Shown: positions 13,110-27,289 of the stretch, one piece after another | How the letters are laid out: each line of letters begins with the position of its first letter | Position numbering within the stretch: position 1 is the stretch's first letter | Assembly: GCF_001194135.2 (NCBI RefSeq) | Contig: NC_068984.1 | Coordinates: 69,894,975 to 69,958,974 of the forward strand | Length of the DNA: 64,000 bases | Direction of reading: 5' to 3' | From: Octopus bimaculoides | Lineage: Eukaryota | The notes under the pieces: model-generated | Told to the model about the DNA's origin: nothing | Database searches by the model: none | What the model saw: only the letters and a program-made list of their open reading frames with translations | Program-made: the position numbers and the translations under genes

Positions 13110-13480
13110 ATATTTTTCTTTTGAGATCCTTTTCTATCAGCTGCTTCAGTCATTGGACTGCAGCCCTTTAAGGATTTTAGTTAAACAAATTGACTCTAAT
13201 ACTTATTCTTTTAAAGCCTGGTACTTATTCTATCAGTATATTTTTTACAATTCACTATGTAATGGTGATGTAAACAAACCGACACTGGTTGTCAACCTTG
13301 ATGAAAGACGAACTCAAATGCAAAGACACACACACAAAAGGCTTCTTTTAGTTTCTTTTTACCAAATCAACACACAAGGCTTTGGTCAGCCTGGGGCTAT
13401 AGCAGAATGTACCATGCAGGGGGACTGAATATGGAACCATGTGGCTGGGAAGTAAACTTCTTATCTTACAGCTATGCCAG
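13110..13480 (-). mobile_element. SINE family B
   Basis: Reverse complement of head (aaccatgtgg..gtaaactt), core (cacaaggctttggtc) and tail. Confidence 0.7.
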
Positions 13481-14458
13481 AGGTGAGACAGACAAATAGG
13501 TAACTAATGAAAGAAATAGAGAACAATTAGTCATTAATATGTGATTTCTATAACACAGTCAGTTTGTGTAAGTTTTAGTTATTTCATTTCAGTGGTATGA
13601 TTAACGATGTAGAATTAGAGGTTGACAAATTAACATTATTTAGTTTAAATATTAATTTCTTCCATACACAGACACAAGTAAGTGTGAGAAATGATATTGT
13701 ATAATATTCATGCTTTATTCCAGTGTTCTTATGTCCAATTAACGTCGTCCAAACTGTTAGAAATTTCAGCTAAACCCCTCCTGAATTTATATACTGTCTG
13801 GTATAGTTCCTGATATGCAAAAGATTAGTATGGTCATTACTAAAACGTCTTCATTCATAAGGTTGCCTCGATCAGGGGATGAGCACTAACTTGGATGTAC
13901 TGGTGTTGTTGAATTTAAAATGAAAGTAAAATAATCTTTGATAGATTGTTAACTGCACTAACATGCTCGGGTCACGGCATAGAATGCAACCCTTAATATC
14001 AGCAGCGGGGCCCAACAGTATATGCTGGTTTACCCACATCGCATCATGCTGGTTCCACACACCTTTGAGCAACATCGAATTCACTCATCTATCTACGAAC
14101 ATTCTCCAAGCTTTCCTATTATTTATAAGCGTCTAAAGTAATTAGGTACAGCATGATATATATATATAGTAACAAGTCCTTCTTTGATTCTGTGAGTGAT
14201 AGCTAATAGATATATAAATAAGTTACAGACTAGTATTTTGGATAGTACCACTCTGTTTGGAAAGTGTATTGATCTGAAACTGCAGGTTGAGACTGAGACA
14301 ATTCCATTGTGGAAGAAAATCCTTTTAGCCATCTCAAAACAAACAAAATCAGAATTTTTCACCTACCTCTGCATCCACTCATTCAACCCTCATCGACCCC
14401 ATTCGAAAGAATGCAGTGAAATAATGCTAGTGATTAAGGCTGCATATTTACAACAACA

Positions 14459-14882
14459 CAGGAGTGGCTGTGTGGTAAGTAGCTTGTTTATCAACCACAT
14501 GGTTCTGGGTTCAGTCACGGTGTGTGGCACCTTGGGCCGATCAAAGCCTTGTGAGTGGATTTGGTAGACGGAGACTGAAAGAAGCCTGTCGTATATATGT
14601 ATATATATGTATGTGTTTGTATATGTTTGCGTGTTTGTCCCCGCAGCATCGCTTGACAACCGATGGTGGTGTGTTTACATTCCCGTAACTTAGCGGTTCA
14701 GCAAAAGAGACCAATAGAATAAGTACTAGGCTAACAAAGAATAAGTCCGAGGGTNNNNNNNNNNAATAGAATAAGTACTAGGCTAACAAAGAATAAGTCC
14801 GAGGGTCGATTTGCTCGACTAAAGGCGGTGCTCCAGCATGAACGCAGTCAAATGGCTGAAACAAGTAAAAGAGTAAAAGAGT
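14459..14882 (+). mobile_element. SINE family B (contains a gap-associated duplication)
   Basis: ggagtggctgtgtggtaag...ggttcagtc head, core, (TA/TG)n spacer and tail. 42 bp are duplicated across a 10-N gap. Confidence 0.85.
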
Positions 14883-15038
14883 ATACTTTGTAAAAGAGAG
14901 AGAGAGAGAGACTATATTATTAAATCTCAAACAAAAACTGGATGCATGTTTTTGTGCATTCTTAAATGTCTAAAATTAGTTTTCCATGATGCAGCTATAT
15001 TAACAAGATTTATCTAAAAATGAATAACACACACGCAT

Positions 15039-15089
<51 letters not shown>

Positions 15090-15427
15090 TAGACACACAT
15101 TCATACTTACACAGATCAAGTTCAAATTTGTTTTATCTGATATGCTGAAGACAAAATAATACTTTGTATACAATTATACAATATATATATATAAAAATAT
15201 TTTTTTTATTTACCTTGTATTTTGAATCATTTTGACTATATATTCCTTTTCTATAAGCTAATATACGACTACTGTAACTTGTGTTAATGAGCTTCATAAA
15301 AATAAACATTTGAGCAGTTCATTAGGAGTAAAGTTCTACTTATTTATATTTGCTCTTGGCCAAATAATAACCTAACCTCAATCTAACTTTGTTTATTATT
15401 GATGTTGTTGTTATTATTATTATTATT

Positions 15428-15460
<33 letters not shown>

Positions 15461-15689
15461 ATTTATAAATCACTAGAGATAAAACAGCCAGCCTCATTAA
15501 CACTTAACGTATCTTTTTGCCAAAATGCTGCAATAATATTTTCAAATACATTCCCCATTTCATTAAAAGATAAAATGAAAAATCGCCCTCAGGTGGTAGT
15601 GTTCATATTATACCAACCAACTCAACAGCTTAAGTTTAAACTGGTTTTGGTTTTGTTGTCTGAAGTTTCAGTGCATATACCTAATATTG

Positions 15690-16065
15690 TTACAGTTGCT
15701 TGATCTTAAATTTTGACTCTGATGTAGATGCATAGAAATTGCCGATTTTCAAGACTTTTACCAATAAACTGTATTCCAAAATTAATTTTGATTAATAACT
15801 TTACATACATTTAATCTTAAATTTTGTTTCTGCAGTTTTAGTGTAGTTGTCTTGAAAATGGAGATTTTTAACCTTTATCAGTAGACAGAATTACGAAAGT
15901 AACCTTGATTAACATTTCACAGTTGCTTACTCTTCAATTTTGGTGATGGAGTATTAGTGAAGAGGCTGAGAAATTGCAAATTTTTAACCTTTACCAATTG
16001 TCAGAATTATGAAATTAACTTTGATTAACATCTTTGCAGTTTCTTAATATTCAATTTTGATTCCT
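15690..16065. repeat. degenerate ~116-bp tandem repeat, ~3.3 copies
   Basis: The anchor ttgattaa recurs at 15788, 15905 and 16021, with recurring cagttgctt..tcttaaattttg and ttttaaccttta motifs. Confidence 0.7.
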
Positions 16066-16348
16066 TAGTGCCATCCATATACAATATATTTACATAGGCA
16101 TTTTAACTGCTTAAACAAGCGATCATAGGCGTGGGAAGTTAGTCTTCCAATTTCAAGTATCATTTTCAATAAAAATATCCAATAATAATAGTAACTTAGA
16201 AAGTTTGATTAATTTCGTTTGTACACATAGTATTGCCTGAACTACCACTATGCAAGAAAAGATTATATATTAGTCTTTTAAATTGTTTTCTCTCTCTTAC
16301 AGCACACACAGACACAGACACACAGACACACATCTACACGCACGCACG

Positions 16349-16396
<48 letters not shown>

Positions 16397-16404
16397 ATAT
16401 ACAC

Positions 16405-16690
16405 ACATCAACGTCATCATCTAACGTCCATTGTCCATGGTGGCATGGGTTGGATCATGTGACCAGAGCTGGCAAAGTAGGGCTGCACTAGACTCCAGTC
16501 TGATTTGGCATGGTTTCTATGGCTGGATGCCTTTCCTAATGCCAGTCACTTTACAGAGTGTGATGGATGCTTTTATGTGGCAATGCAGAGTTGCTTTTAT
16601 GTGGCACTGCTTGGGCGCATTTACAGATACCTTTTACAGATGGTACTGCATAGATGCCTTTACGTGATGTCACACACAAGCTTTTACGTG
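16405..16690 (-). mobile_element. RTE-type 3'-end repeat (family D)
   Basis: catcatctaacgtcca..ccatggtggcatgggttgga...ctggatgcctttcctaa (reverse of 62330-62515), plus short degenerate internal repeats. Confidence 0.7.
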
Positions 16691-16789
16691 TCATATATAT
16701 ATATAAGATAAATGGATAAAGTACTTGAAGTAGACAGTGTATGTAATGGAATGTGTAAACATAAGCTGGTTCTAGACAAAAACATCTTT

Positions 16790-17800
16790 TTGATTAACAT
16801 TTGCACTGCAAACATTGATAGCAGTTGAACTGAAGGATTGCTTTCATTACATGGGACCCAAATAATGGTAACCTCATCATTACAGCCACTGATTTTAATA
16901 GACATGTTAGGCAAAACCCTAATAACTTCTCTGGCTTTAGTTGCAATACAAAGGATGAAGAGAGATTAAGGACCCTATATTTCTGCGATGCAAATGATCT
17001 ATCCATGGCAATACAAACTTCAAGAAGTCATCTAGCCACATAATCGTGCACCAGTCAGGTGAACACATAAGCCAGAAAGACTAGAGTTGGAAAGGTAAAT
17101 GGCTGTAAATGTTAAGCCTCTTTCCTGGATGAAGAATGTATTACCTTCCATTGATTAGTAGTTAGTGACTTCAGAGTAAGATCTAGACGGTTTCAGAGAT
17201 AAAAGTTGCTTCGGAGAAGGTAAACATGGGAAGTGAAGGAACTCCTCAACTGATTGTAGATTTAAAAAAAAAACACCTTGAACACGTATAATAGAAAGAG
17301 TCAAAGGATTATTGTGTAGTGGAAAACTATGAATTTCTATGGAACAATTTGATAAAAATTACTGACCATATATATGGCAGCAGTAAGGACTGAAGTAAGT
17401 GGAGATGATGTTTTGATGCTAAAATGTTGTTGATAAGGCCATAAAAGCTAAGAGACAGTATTGAGAAGACTTGAAATAATGGGAGCAGAGAAAAGTGCCA
17501 AGTTACAAATAGAGAAGGCTGAAGTTAGGTACACTTAGCATGGGAAAAAAATCAGAAACTATGAGATTTGCATGTATTCAATATCGTGAGAGTTAGAACT
17601 GCAAAGTGTTCTGGATTACCAGATAATGTACTAAGGAAAATTGAGATGTCATTACAGAAAATTGCATTTGGATTGATAGTGGTGCACCTGTCCTACTACC
17701 ACTGAAAACAAGAGGCATGGATGTGCTATTATATGATGCTGTTGAACAAGATAACATATGGGACAGAAGTGAGTTAGTCTACACGTTCCATCTTGTGCTG
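16790..17800 (+). pseudogene. RTE-clade LINE ORF2 remnant (APE endonuclease and linker)
   Basis: LIITATDFNRHV (GDFNGHV-like), RLRTLYFCDANDL..NTNFKKSSSH I.VHQSG.H.SQ.D (NTxF..ITY.SG...QID-like), and VDKAIKAKRQ in the linker. Many stops. Confidence 0.75.
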
Positions 17801-18065
17801 TACTTGTGAATGTACATAAATTATGATCGTCTATATTACACACACACATACATGCACACTTGCATGTGCACACACACACATGCACACACACAAAGGATAT
17901 ATAGATACTCATATATATATATATATGTAAACACACATAGATGTGCGCATATAAACAAACCACGATGCTTAATGTAAATGTTTGCCAATGAGAGAATTTA
18001 CCAGACATATGAAGGTGAGGGTTGGCAACAAGAAGGGCATCTGGTCACAGAAAACTTTCCTCGAG

Positions 18066-18298
18066 ACGGCGAACTGGCAGAAACGTTAGTGCCAGGCAAA
18101 ATGCTTAGCGGTATTTCGTCTGCCGTTACATTCTGAGTTCAAATTCCGCCAAGGTCAACTTTACTATTCATCCTTTCGGGGTCGATAAATTAAGTACCAG
18201 TTACACACTGGGGTCGATGTAATAGACTTAATCCCTTTGTCTATCCTTGTTTGTCTCCCTCTATGTTTAACCCCTTGTGGGCAATAAAGAAATAAGAA
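18066..18298 (+). mobile_element. SINE family A (well preserved)
   Basis: ggcgaactggcagaaacgttag...gagttcaaattcc (tRNA-like head), central ttcatcctttcggggtcgataaattaagtaccag domain, and (aaat)n-like tail. Confidence 0.9.
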
Positions 18299-19078
18299 AA
18301 CTTTCCTCAATTTACTCTGTTTGACTGATGGAAGCAAAAAAAATTGTATGTTAAAATGATGATGATGATGATTTGTACACAAGTGTTTAACTGAGAAAGA
18401 GAAACAGAAAGTATATATACATTCATTTTCATACAATGGGCTTGCACATAGTTTCTGTCCACCAAGGCATTAATCAATCCCGCACTCAACCCCTAGATCT
18501 ATAAAGAGGTGCTTGCCCAAGGTTACTTTGAAACCAAACCTGGAATCACATGTTTCCAAAGCATGCTTTTTACCCACAGTGCTATTTATAAATTGCATGT
18601 TCAAATGTAATACAGATCTCTTTCCCCATCTCCTAAAAAGCATTATTTATTGTATGAAATTTTAGGAGACTTAGACAGAAATATTGGGAAATTTTGAAAT
18701 ATAAACATTGATATGATGGTGTAAGATGTTACCGTTGCACTAACAATGTCGTTATGAGCTTGAAACTGGTCAATTGCATTTTAAAGTAATTCAAATTTCT
18801 TGGTCTTTGTTGTTATTAGTTCCAATTCAGTCTAGATTATGCAGATCTATAATCAAATATATTTCAGCCATGAATATCCCTCACTTTTTTTCCAACCATA
18901 ATTGTATATAGGACCACTTAACTTAACTCAGTATCTTTGAAACAAGAGATTTCTTGAACCTGATAATTCAATGAATTCATTTATGAAGATTATGAGGTAT
19001 GATCTTAGGAAGACTTAACTGCTAATTCTTTCATGTTTAATGATCACAGAGTCTCCTGCATTGGCTTGTCAAATGTCT

Positions 19079-19290
19079 TAAGCCTTTAGCATTCAGATAA
19101 GTTTGTCACATGTAATACTTATGCATTCATATTGTTTTAAATTCATCATATATTAGCTTTAAGATTTCGATGATGTGATTGTACATATTTAGAATGACAT
19201 AGAAAGGTAGGTATGAGAGGTTAGATCTGGTTGGTTTGAACATAAAACAGGTAAAATATTTGGCTGAGATATGGCCAATTTATATGTTAA
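19079..19290 (-). mobile_element. piggyBac-type (TTAA) MITE family copy
   Basis: Reverse homologue of 38272-38500; ends resemble ccctttagcatt... Confidence 0.6.
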
Positions 19291-21499
19291 AGTGGTAATT
19301 GTTGCCGTTCATCTTCAAGTTGGCTCTGATGGAACAGATATATGAACAAATTATTCCAGGCATAGCCATTTTGTCTTGATTACTTTTTACTTTTAAGATG
19401 GTAGGGTAACATTTAAGGAATAACTGACTGTTATATCTAGCCAGTCAAGTAACACTGCAGCAGCCTTTCTTTTGTTTGCCAAATCTTTCTATATTCCAGT
19501 GTTATATAAATATAAGCAAAATAGTGAATAAATTAATACTTAATCCATCTCAGCAGTTTTCATTCATCATATTCTCTACCTACTATTATCATTTTCTATG
19601 TATTTCTCTGATTCAAACAATGAATTGCTTGAAGCAAATATTTTAGCTGCCACTTCAATATTCTTCCATCTGACTGACTCCTTAATACAAGATTTATTTC
19701 TAACATCATGGAATCATGGCTAAGGATGCCTATAAGCAAGAAGAATCAGATGTGTTTCATGAGATAGAGAATTTTTGAAATAATTCTATAAGCTGCATAA
19801 CAATATGATAGATAGACAATTAAATATTTTAATTCTTGTGTGATAGGACAGTTTCTTATCTAATCTTTATCCTGCTATAATTGTGCAGGTTACATTAAAC
19901 ACTATCTTTAATTTTTTTTTAATTTCAAATAAATGAGGGGAATGGATTTATCATGTAATATGCATTTATTATTAGAGTGGCTTATTTTTAAATACTATGA
20001 TCTTTTAAATTTTGATTGATTAATTCATTACCTAAATGAATTGAGCTTAATGGGAGACACACACTGAGTAGATATCAGAAGAAATGAATTGTTCATTAAT
20101 TGCCATTTAAATCTTTGACAATAGTAAAAATATCGTAATGTATAACTTCACTTTTTACCTTTTAAAACAACCAGTACAATAACAAAGCCCATTGAATTTG
20201 TTTTCATCTTGCTATTGAAAGAAACTTTGAACAAGCGATAACAAACTATAGTTTATGTGAAGTTCAAACAGTCTTTAACTACCATGGAAATAAAATATAA
20301 AGAAGATTAACTGATATAATATTTTCCAGAGAAAACAATGATGTCAAAATTTGGGGAAATTCATTAAACGATGACATATGACTTCGGTAAAGATTAATTC
20401 AAACAGAGCCATAGAAAATACAAAGACCAATTGCTTAGAAGCGATTTTGTTAAACAAAAACCAAATTAAACACTATAGTTTTTTTTTACCAAGCTTGAGA
20501 CAATACAATATGAATAGCAGTGAAAATATTTCAATATTCTTTGATTTTTATCTAAAACAGGCAATTAATACATTTTTTTATCTTGACTAAGTTGTGTTTT
20601 TATTTGAAAAATACTTTCCACATTTCCAAAGAAAATTTGAATAGGTTTGTTTTACAACACTTAGATCAAAGTTTCATAATTTTTACAATGGCTTGACATC
20701 TCTTGTACATGACTGTCAAACCTCTCTGTTTCCAATAATACCAGTTAGAATTCGTTGGAATTAAAAGTTACCTTTTTACCCAGTCTGTATTCTTATGATG
20801 TATATCGTCTAATTTTATTCACTTAATAAATTTTATTCATAACAAATGAATTGTATCATATCATTTGAATTCAATTACATAGAAGAATGTGTATCCAGTC
20901 TTCTCTTTGAAAAGATAGCACCCTAGCTATCAATATTATAGCAAAATATTAAAATTCACAACAAAAAGGATTTTCTAATCCAAAATCAGCATTTTAAAAT
21001 ATATAAAAAAAGTAGAACCATTATTTTCCTGGATTTCATTAAAGTAAAATTGCAAAAAATTTTCCAACTTCCATACTAAATATCAATCAAATTACAAATC
21101 ATTAACAGTGCATTTGTTTAAGCAAATATCCATCAATAGCAGATTTTGAGATAAGCTTGGCATCAATTTTTGACACAAAGCCAGCAATCTTAGGGAAGGT
21201 AGTATGTCAGTTACCTCAACCAAAGTGCTCAACTGCTATTTATTTTATCGACCCCGAAAGGATGAAATGCACAATGCATCACAATTTCAATAACAGGTTA
21301 CAGGAAAATGGGGCTTTTTCACACCTGAAGTGTTTCATCTAAAGATATTACATAAGTTAGGATTTAAAAACAGACATGTTGAATAAAATAATTGATACCA
21401 AACCTATATAATTGGCAAGAAACAACACTAACAATAGTAGCCATGTTACTGACAATTGTATATGTGTGAGTGTATGGATATTCTTTTAACTTTTACCCT

Positions 21500-21870
21500 T
21501 TTACTTCTTTCAGTAATTTTTACCGTGGCCATGCTGGAGCACCACCTTAAATGGTTTTTAGTCAAAGCAATCGACCCCAGGACTTATTCTTTGTAAGCCT
21601 AGTACATCGGTCTCTTTTGCCAAACTAAGTTACGGCAACATAAACACACCAGCATCGATTGTCAGGCGATGGTGGTGGGGGACAAACACAGACACACATA
21701 GATATACATAGATACATATATATATACAATGGGCTTCTTTCAGTTTCCGTCTGCCAAACCCACTCACAAGGCTTTGGTTGGCCCCAAGCAATAGTAGAAG
21801 CCATGCAGTGAGACTGAACCCAGAACTATGTGAATGGGAAGCAAGTTTTTTACCACACAGCCACACCTGA
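21500..21870 (-). mobile_element. SINE family B
   Basis: Complete reverse complement, including the head ttaccacacagccacacc. Confidence 0.85.
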
Positions 21871-21882
21871 TGTATACATATA

Positions 21883-21955
<73 letters not shown>

Positions 21956-22542
21956 ACACATATACACACACATGCATATACATATTTACTTGTGTATGTA
22001 TGTATGTGTGTATGTATGTACACACATGCACATACACACACTTACACAAAATAATGAAGGCAGCTATATGCAATATAAAGCCAAAAAGAAAAAATTCAAT
22101 TGTTACTATACATAAACCTCGGCTGATTCACCAGAAACAATGAATTTCAGGACCCGATACAAATATAGTGTATTCTTTAATACATTATAACTGAAAAGCT
22201 CTGATCTGCAGTAAATTTGTTCATTTTCAATCAGCAACATATAAACTCAGCCCAGTTTTCTTTTGAATATCGTCTGTTGGAATATGTTTTGAAATATGAA
22301 ATGAAAGTTTGAAGAATATACTTATCCTTATTTTCTTTCATTTAACTACCTTTATGAATGACATGTATGAGCATGGGTGGTTCAAATTTAAGTATTTGAT
22401 TCTAAATGATATAAACTCTATGCAATCAAAGTCCTGAAATTATGTTGCTATTTAAGCAATTTTCCCCAATTTTTTGAGTAGTAATTTAAATTAATGATTT
22501 CAAAACAATGAATCAGTCTGTAGGAGCTCATTTTATATGTGC

Positions 22543-22545
<3 letters not shown>

Positions 22546-22627
<82 letters not shown>
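22546..22627. repeat. (TG)n microsatellite
   Basis: About 41 perfect dinucleotide units. Confidence 0.97.
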
Positions 22628-22631
<4 letters not shown>

Positions 22632-22679
22632 CATTTAGCAGCTGAATTCCATACTGGTATGGAGTGAACAGTTTGACAG

Positions 22680-22960
22680 TTTACAACAGTTCAGAGGACT
22701 CTATCAAGCTTCTGTGTCTGAATCAACATGGCTTCTGTAGCTGAGTGCCCTTCCAAATAACATCCACTTTACAGTGTTCTGTGTGCTCTTTCATGTCACT
22801 GGCCCTAGTAAGGTTGCCTAGTAGTAACTTGCAAGACAAGTACTCTTGATTGAGAAGAGTGTAGTATTATGGGAAGTGATTTATGCCAGATGTTGAGAAG
22901 CAAGAGTAGGATTAAAGAATAGGAACAGTTTTGCTGTTGAGGAGATGCATGACTACCCCC
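22680..22960 (-). mobile_element. extended family-D / RTE 3'-UTR remnant
   Basis: ctgagtgcccttcc...gtgctctttcatgtcac...gtaacttgcaagacaag resembles the reverse of family-D copies (compare 32810-32935). Confidence 0.5.
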
Positions 22961-23937
22961 ACTTGTTAAAAAAAAGTAGAAGTGGGTGGTGTTTAGGTGT
23001 CAGAATGTACCCTCAAGGTACAAGATAGTGAACATGATGGGGAAGTTAGAAGAAAAGATGATGTGTATAGGAGCAGAAGACCAGGCAAGTCTGCAACAGT
23101 CAGAGGTGAGAAATGGGGAATATAGCAATGTAGGTGATGCCTTGAATGGTAAACAGGAAAAGAGGCAAAGTCAATGGTGAATATTCTTTTGGGAGAAGGT
23201 GAAGGAAATAACAGTAGGCCAGGAAGGAGGAGATGATAAGGAAAATTACAAAATATAAAGTGAAGTATAAAATTAAATTTGAAACCAAATTGATTTGTAT
23301 TTGGGGCAAATTATTGTTATTTCTGTATTTGTTTCCACTGAGTCAATAAAAATCAACCTTTATTTACAAACTTCAGAAGTTAATACAAAAGCAGAGAATC
23401 AATATTATGGAAAATAAGAGTAGAAATTGATCAGGTGCATTAACAAAAAATAGCAATTAATACATGGTGACAGTCATTTTCCTGGTATATTAAGTATGAG
23501 AAATCAAAGAATTTGTGCATTTTTACACCAACTATATTTTAAATTCATTATTACTAATGTCTGCTGCTCCCATTAATGATACTATTAGAATGACTAACAA
23601 CATGATCTTAGGAGGGAAATGCTAGAATATTATGCATAAAGCTAAACCATTCTGAAATAATTGAATGGGCATAGGAATTGGTGGGTTACAGTCAGCTTTG
23701 TTATATTTGTTGAAACAAAACTAGCAATATTATTAAATATTTTGCTTCTTCTTAGAAATTTGTTGCCATAAACATGTGCATACAACACTTCCTTTGAAGC
23801 TTTGACTCTTTTAGTGGTTTCATACACTCAACTACAGCTAAATTGGGGGTATTGCTTATAAGGGTTTTGGTTGATTATACCAACCCAAGTATTTCATCAG
23901 TAATTTATCATAACAACTCGAGTATTTCATCAATATA

Positions 23938-24105
23938 GGTGCAGGAGTGGCTGTGGTAAGTAGCTTGCTTACCAACCACATGATCCTGAGTTCAGTTCCC
24001 CTGCGTGGCACCTTGGGCAAGTGCCTTCTACTATAGCCTCAGACCGACCAAAGCTTTGTGAGTGGATTTGGTAGACGGAAACTGGAAACTGGAAGAAGCC
24101 CGTCG

Positions 24106-24144
<39 letters not shown>

Positions 24145-24305
24145 NNNNNNNNNNNNNNNNNNNNNNNNNNNNNNNNNNAAGAGACCGATAGAGTAAGTAC
24201 TAGGCTTACAAAGAATAAGCTCTGGGGATGATTTGCTCGACTATAAAGGCGGTGCTCCAGCATGGCCACAGTCAAATGACTGAAACAAGTAAAAAAGTAA
24301 AAGAG
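23938..24305 (+). mobile_element. SINE family B
   Basis: Well-preserved head, core and tail; the internal (AT)n runs into an N gap. Confidence 0.9.
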
Positions 24306-25396
24306 TAATTTATCATATTAGTATCATATTAGTATTTTCATGAAGCAAGAATGATTGACTTCAGTTTGAAGGAATCAATCACTACAATGTATTTGATTGT
24401 TGCAAAGATTTTGTTCTCTGTTATTGGTACACACATATACACCCATTTAACAGACTTTCATGCAGTTTCATAGCAACCAAATTTCATTCACAAGACTTTG
24501 ATTGACCTCAGTGTTGTATCATAATTCTCACAGTGATATGACATTGTGAAAAAATATTCCAACTGTTACCATAGCAGTAATTTTAAATTACATATGGCAA
24601 TTAAATAATTCCAAAATAATTCCCAAAATAACAAAATATGCCTCCCTTTTAGTGCATATGACACCTTATTATGTCACTTCTCAGATGAATTTTCTGCTTT
24701 TAATTTTTCTGTTTCAATATATGTTTTGTCTTGTTGCCATATGTTGGTTCGATAAAAATATTTTTTTTAAATATTCTATTGTTGGGCAGATATTCTGTGG
24801 AAATTCTTTAATTTCATGCAAAATCTAATAATTCCTATGTCCAGCCTATTATGATGAGCTCAATGTCTTCTGAAAAACGTTTATGAAATTCAGATATATC
24901 AATATTTGATTTTATCTGTATAGTAGGGAAAAGGATTGATTACAGATAGTAATAGTAACGATGATGGTGAGGATGATGTTGATGATGATGATGGCAGCGG
25001 TGGTGGTGGCGAGGGTGGAGGGGTGGGAGGCTGCTGCTCATCTTAGTGGCTGCAGCGGCAGCAGCAATGATGATGATGAAGATTAGAATAACTGTATCAA
25101 CCATCTGTTTAGCGGAATTTCATCATACTCAATATTTATTTGATGATGTTATATTAGATACAGAAAAAGGGAAGAATTATTGCTATCAGAAATTCAATAA
25201 TATATCAAAAGACATGACGTGCATCAGGTTCCAGAACTGAAGAAGTAAGTTCAGTCATTAGAACTGTGATCATTTTTTCACTTGTTAAATTTAACCAGAC
25301 TATATATATTAAAAAAAAACACAGAAAACAATAACAAAAAAGTGAGGACGTGATACGGATCGTGTTATTGGACGCTTGGGAAAGGAAAGAGAGAGA

Positions 25397-25431
25397 GTAT
25401 GACGTTTCGGGCGGAGCCCTTCGTCGGAAAT
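25397..25431 (-). ncRNA. variant minimal hammerhead ribozyme motif (PLE terminal repeat)
   Basis: ttt-CCGACGA-A-GGGC-tcc-GCCC-GAAA-CGTC-atac. Stem II is intact and the ACGT palindrome is present, but there is a U4-to-C change and stem I is weak. Confidence 0.55.
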
Positions 25432-27289
25432 ATGGAAAGTTCAAAGAATGGAAAAAACGGAGGAAGAGAAAAATGGCACCGATGCCCACGAGGTTACATT
25501 GTGGAAGGACNNNNNNNNNNNNNNNNNNNNNNNNNNNNNNNNNNNNNNNNNNNNNNNNNNNNNNNNNNNNNNNNNNNNNNNNNNNNNNNNNNNNNNNNNN
25601 NNNNNNNNNNNNNNNNNNNNNNNNNNNNNNNNNNNNNNNNNNNNNNNNNNNNNNNNNNNNNNNNNNNNNNNNNNNNNNNNNNNNNNNNNNNNNNNNNNNN
25701 NNNNNNNNNNNNNNNNNNNNNNNNNNNNNNNNNNNNNNNNNNNNNNNNNNNNNNNNNNNNNNNNNNNNNNNNNNNNNNNNNNNNNNNNNNNNNNNNNNNN
25801 NNNNNNNNNNNNNNGTTAGTGGGTCCTTATGGACAATGGTCAGTGGAAGGTCAGCAGGCAGTTTTTGAGTATGTGTGTGTTTGTGTGGGGTTGTAGATGT
25901 TGGGTACGAGTGCATGTGTGTGTGTATTTTGTACGTGCGCGTGTGTGTATGTGTATGTTTTTCTGCGTGCGTGTGTGTTTGTGTGTATGTGTATGTTGTG
26001 TATATGTGCGTTGCAGTGTACGTGTGTGTGCGTGTGTGCATGTGTATATATGTGTATGTGTGTGAGAGCGTAAGGATGTGTGCCAGGTATGTGTGTTATT
26101 TTGTGTGTGCACTCTTGTGTGTGTGTGTGTGTGCATATGTATGCGGCTGTGCATGTACGTGTATGTAGGCGTGCGCGTATATATGTGTGTGTCTGTGTGT
26201 GTGTAGGGCTGTGTGAGGTGTGTCTCTACGACTGTGCGTGTGTGTGTGTGTATANNNNNNNNNNTCTGTGTGTGTGTAGGGCTGTGTGAGGTGTGTCTCT
26301 ACGACTGTGCGTGTGTGTGTGTGTATATATGTGCGTTCGTCTATATGTGTGTATGAGGGCGCGTATGTATGTTTGTCATGTGTGTGGGCGGTATATATGC
26401 AAGGTGTGTGGGAGGTGTATGTGTTAGGTGTATGGGAGTTATGTGAGGTATGTGTGAATGGGGGTATGTATGGGTTGTCAGGTGTGTGGGAGGTATGTGT
26501 GAATGGGGTTATATATGGGTTATGTGTGCAAGGGTGTGTATGCTTGTGTGTGTGTGTGTGTGTGTATGTTTGCNNNNNNNNNNNNNNNNNNNNNNNNNNN
26601 NNNNNNNNNNNNNNNNNNNNNNNNNNNNNNNNNNNNNNNNNNNNNNNNNNNNNNNNNNNNNNNNNNNNNNNNNNNNNNNNNNNNNNNNNNNNNNNNNNNN
26701 NNNNNNNNNNNNNNNNNNNNNNNNNNNNNNNNNNNNNNNNNNNNNNNNNNNNNNNNNNNNNNNNNNNNNNNNNNNNNNNNNNNNNNNNNNNNNNNNNNNN
26801 NNNNNNNNNNNNNNNNNNNNNNNNNNNNNNNNNNNNNNNNNNNNNNNNNNNNNNNNNNNNNNNNNNNNNNNNNNNNNNNNNNNNNNNNNNNNNNNNNNNN
26901 NNNNNNNNNNNNNNNNNNNNNNNNNNNNNNNNNNNNNNNNNNNNNNNNNNNNNNNNNNNNNNNNNNNNNNNNNNNNNNNNNNNNNNNNNNNNNNNNNNNN
27001 NNNNNNNNNNNNNNNNNNNNNNNNNNNNNNNNNNNNNNNNNNNNNNNNNNNNNNNNNNNNNNNNNNNNNNNNNNNNNNNNNNNNNNNNNNNNNNNNNNNN
27101 NNNNNNNNNNNNNNNNNNNNNNNNNNNNNNNNNNNNNNNNNNNNNNNNNNNNNNNNNNNNNNNNNNNNNNNNNNNNNNNNNNNNNNNNNNNNNNNNNNNN
27201 NNNNNNNNNNNNNNNNNNNNNNNNNNNNNNNNNNNNNNNNNNNNNNNNNNNNNNNNNNNNNNNNNNNNNNNNNNNNNNNNNNNNNNNNG

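Noticed and set aside
14713-14806. 42-bp direct repeat in SINE B (similar case at 26191-26328)
   Set aside because: It flanks a 10-N join, so it is an assembly artefact.
18066-18150. tRNA gene-like A/B boxes (also at other SINE heads)
   Set aside because: There is no complete cloverleaf, and the sequence continues into SINE bodies.
19570-19730. Protein-like minus-strand frames after a good acceptor
   Set aside because: The acceptor frame hits a stop without a good donor, and the other open frame lacks a credible acceptor.
23642-23840. Minus-strand ORF as an exon
   Set aside because: The long frame is preceded by an in-frame TGA just after the best acceptor, and no consistent splice phase was found.
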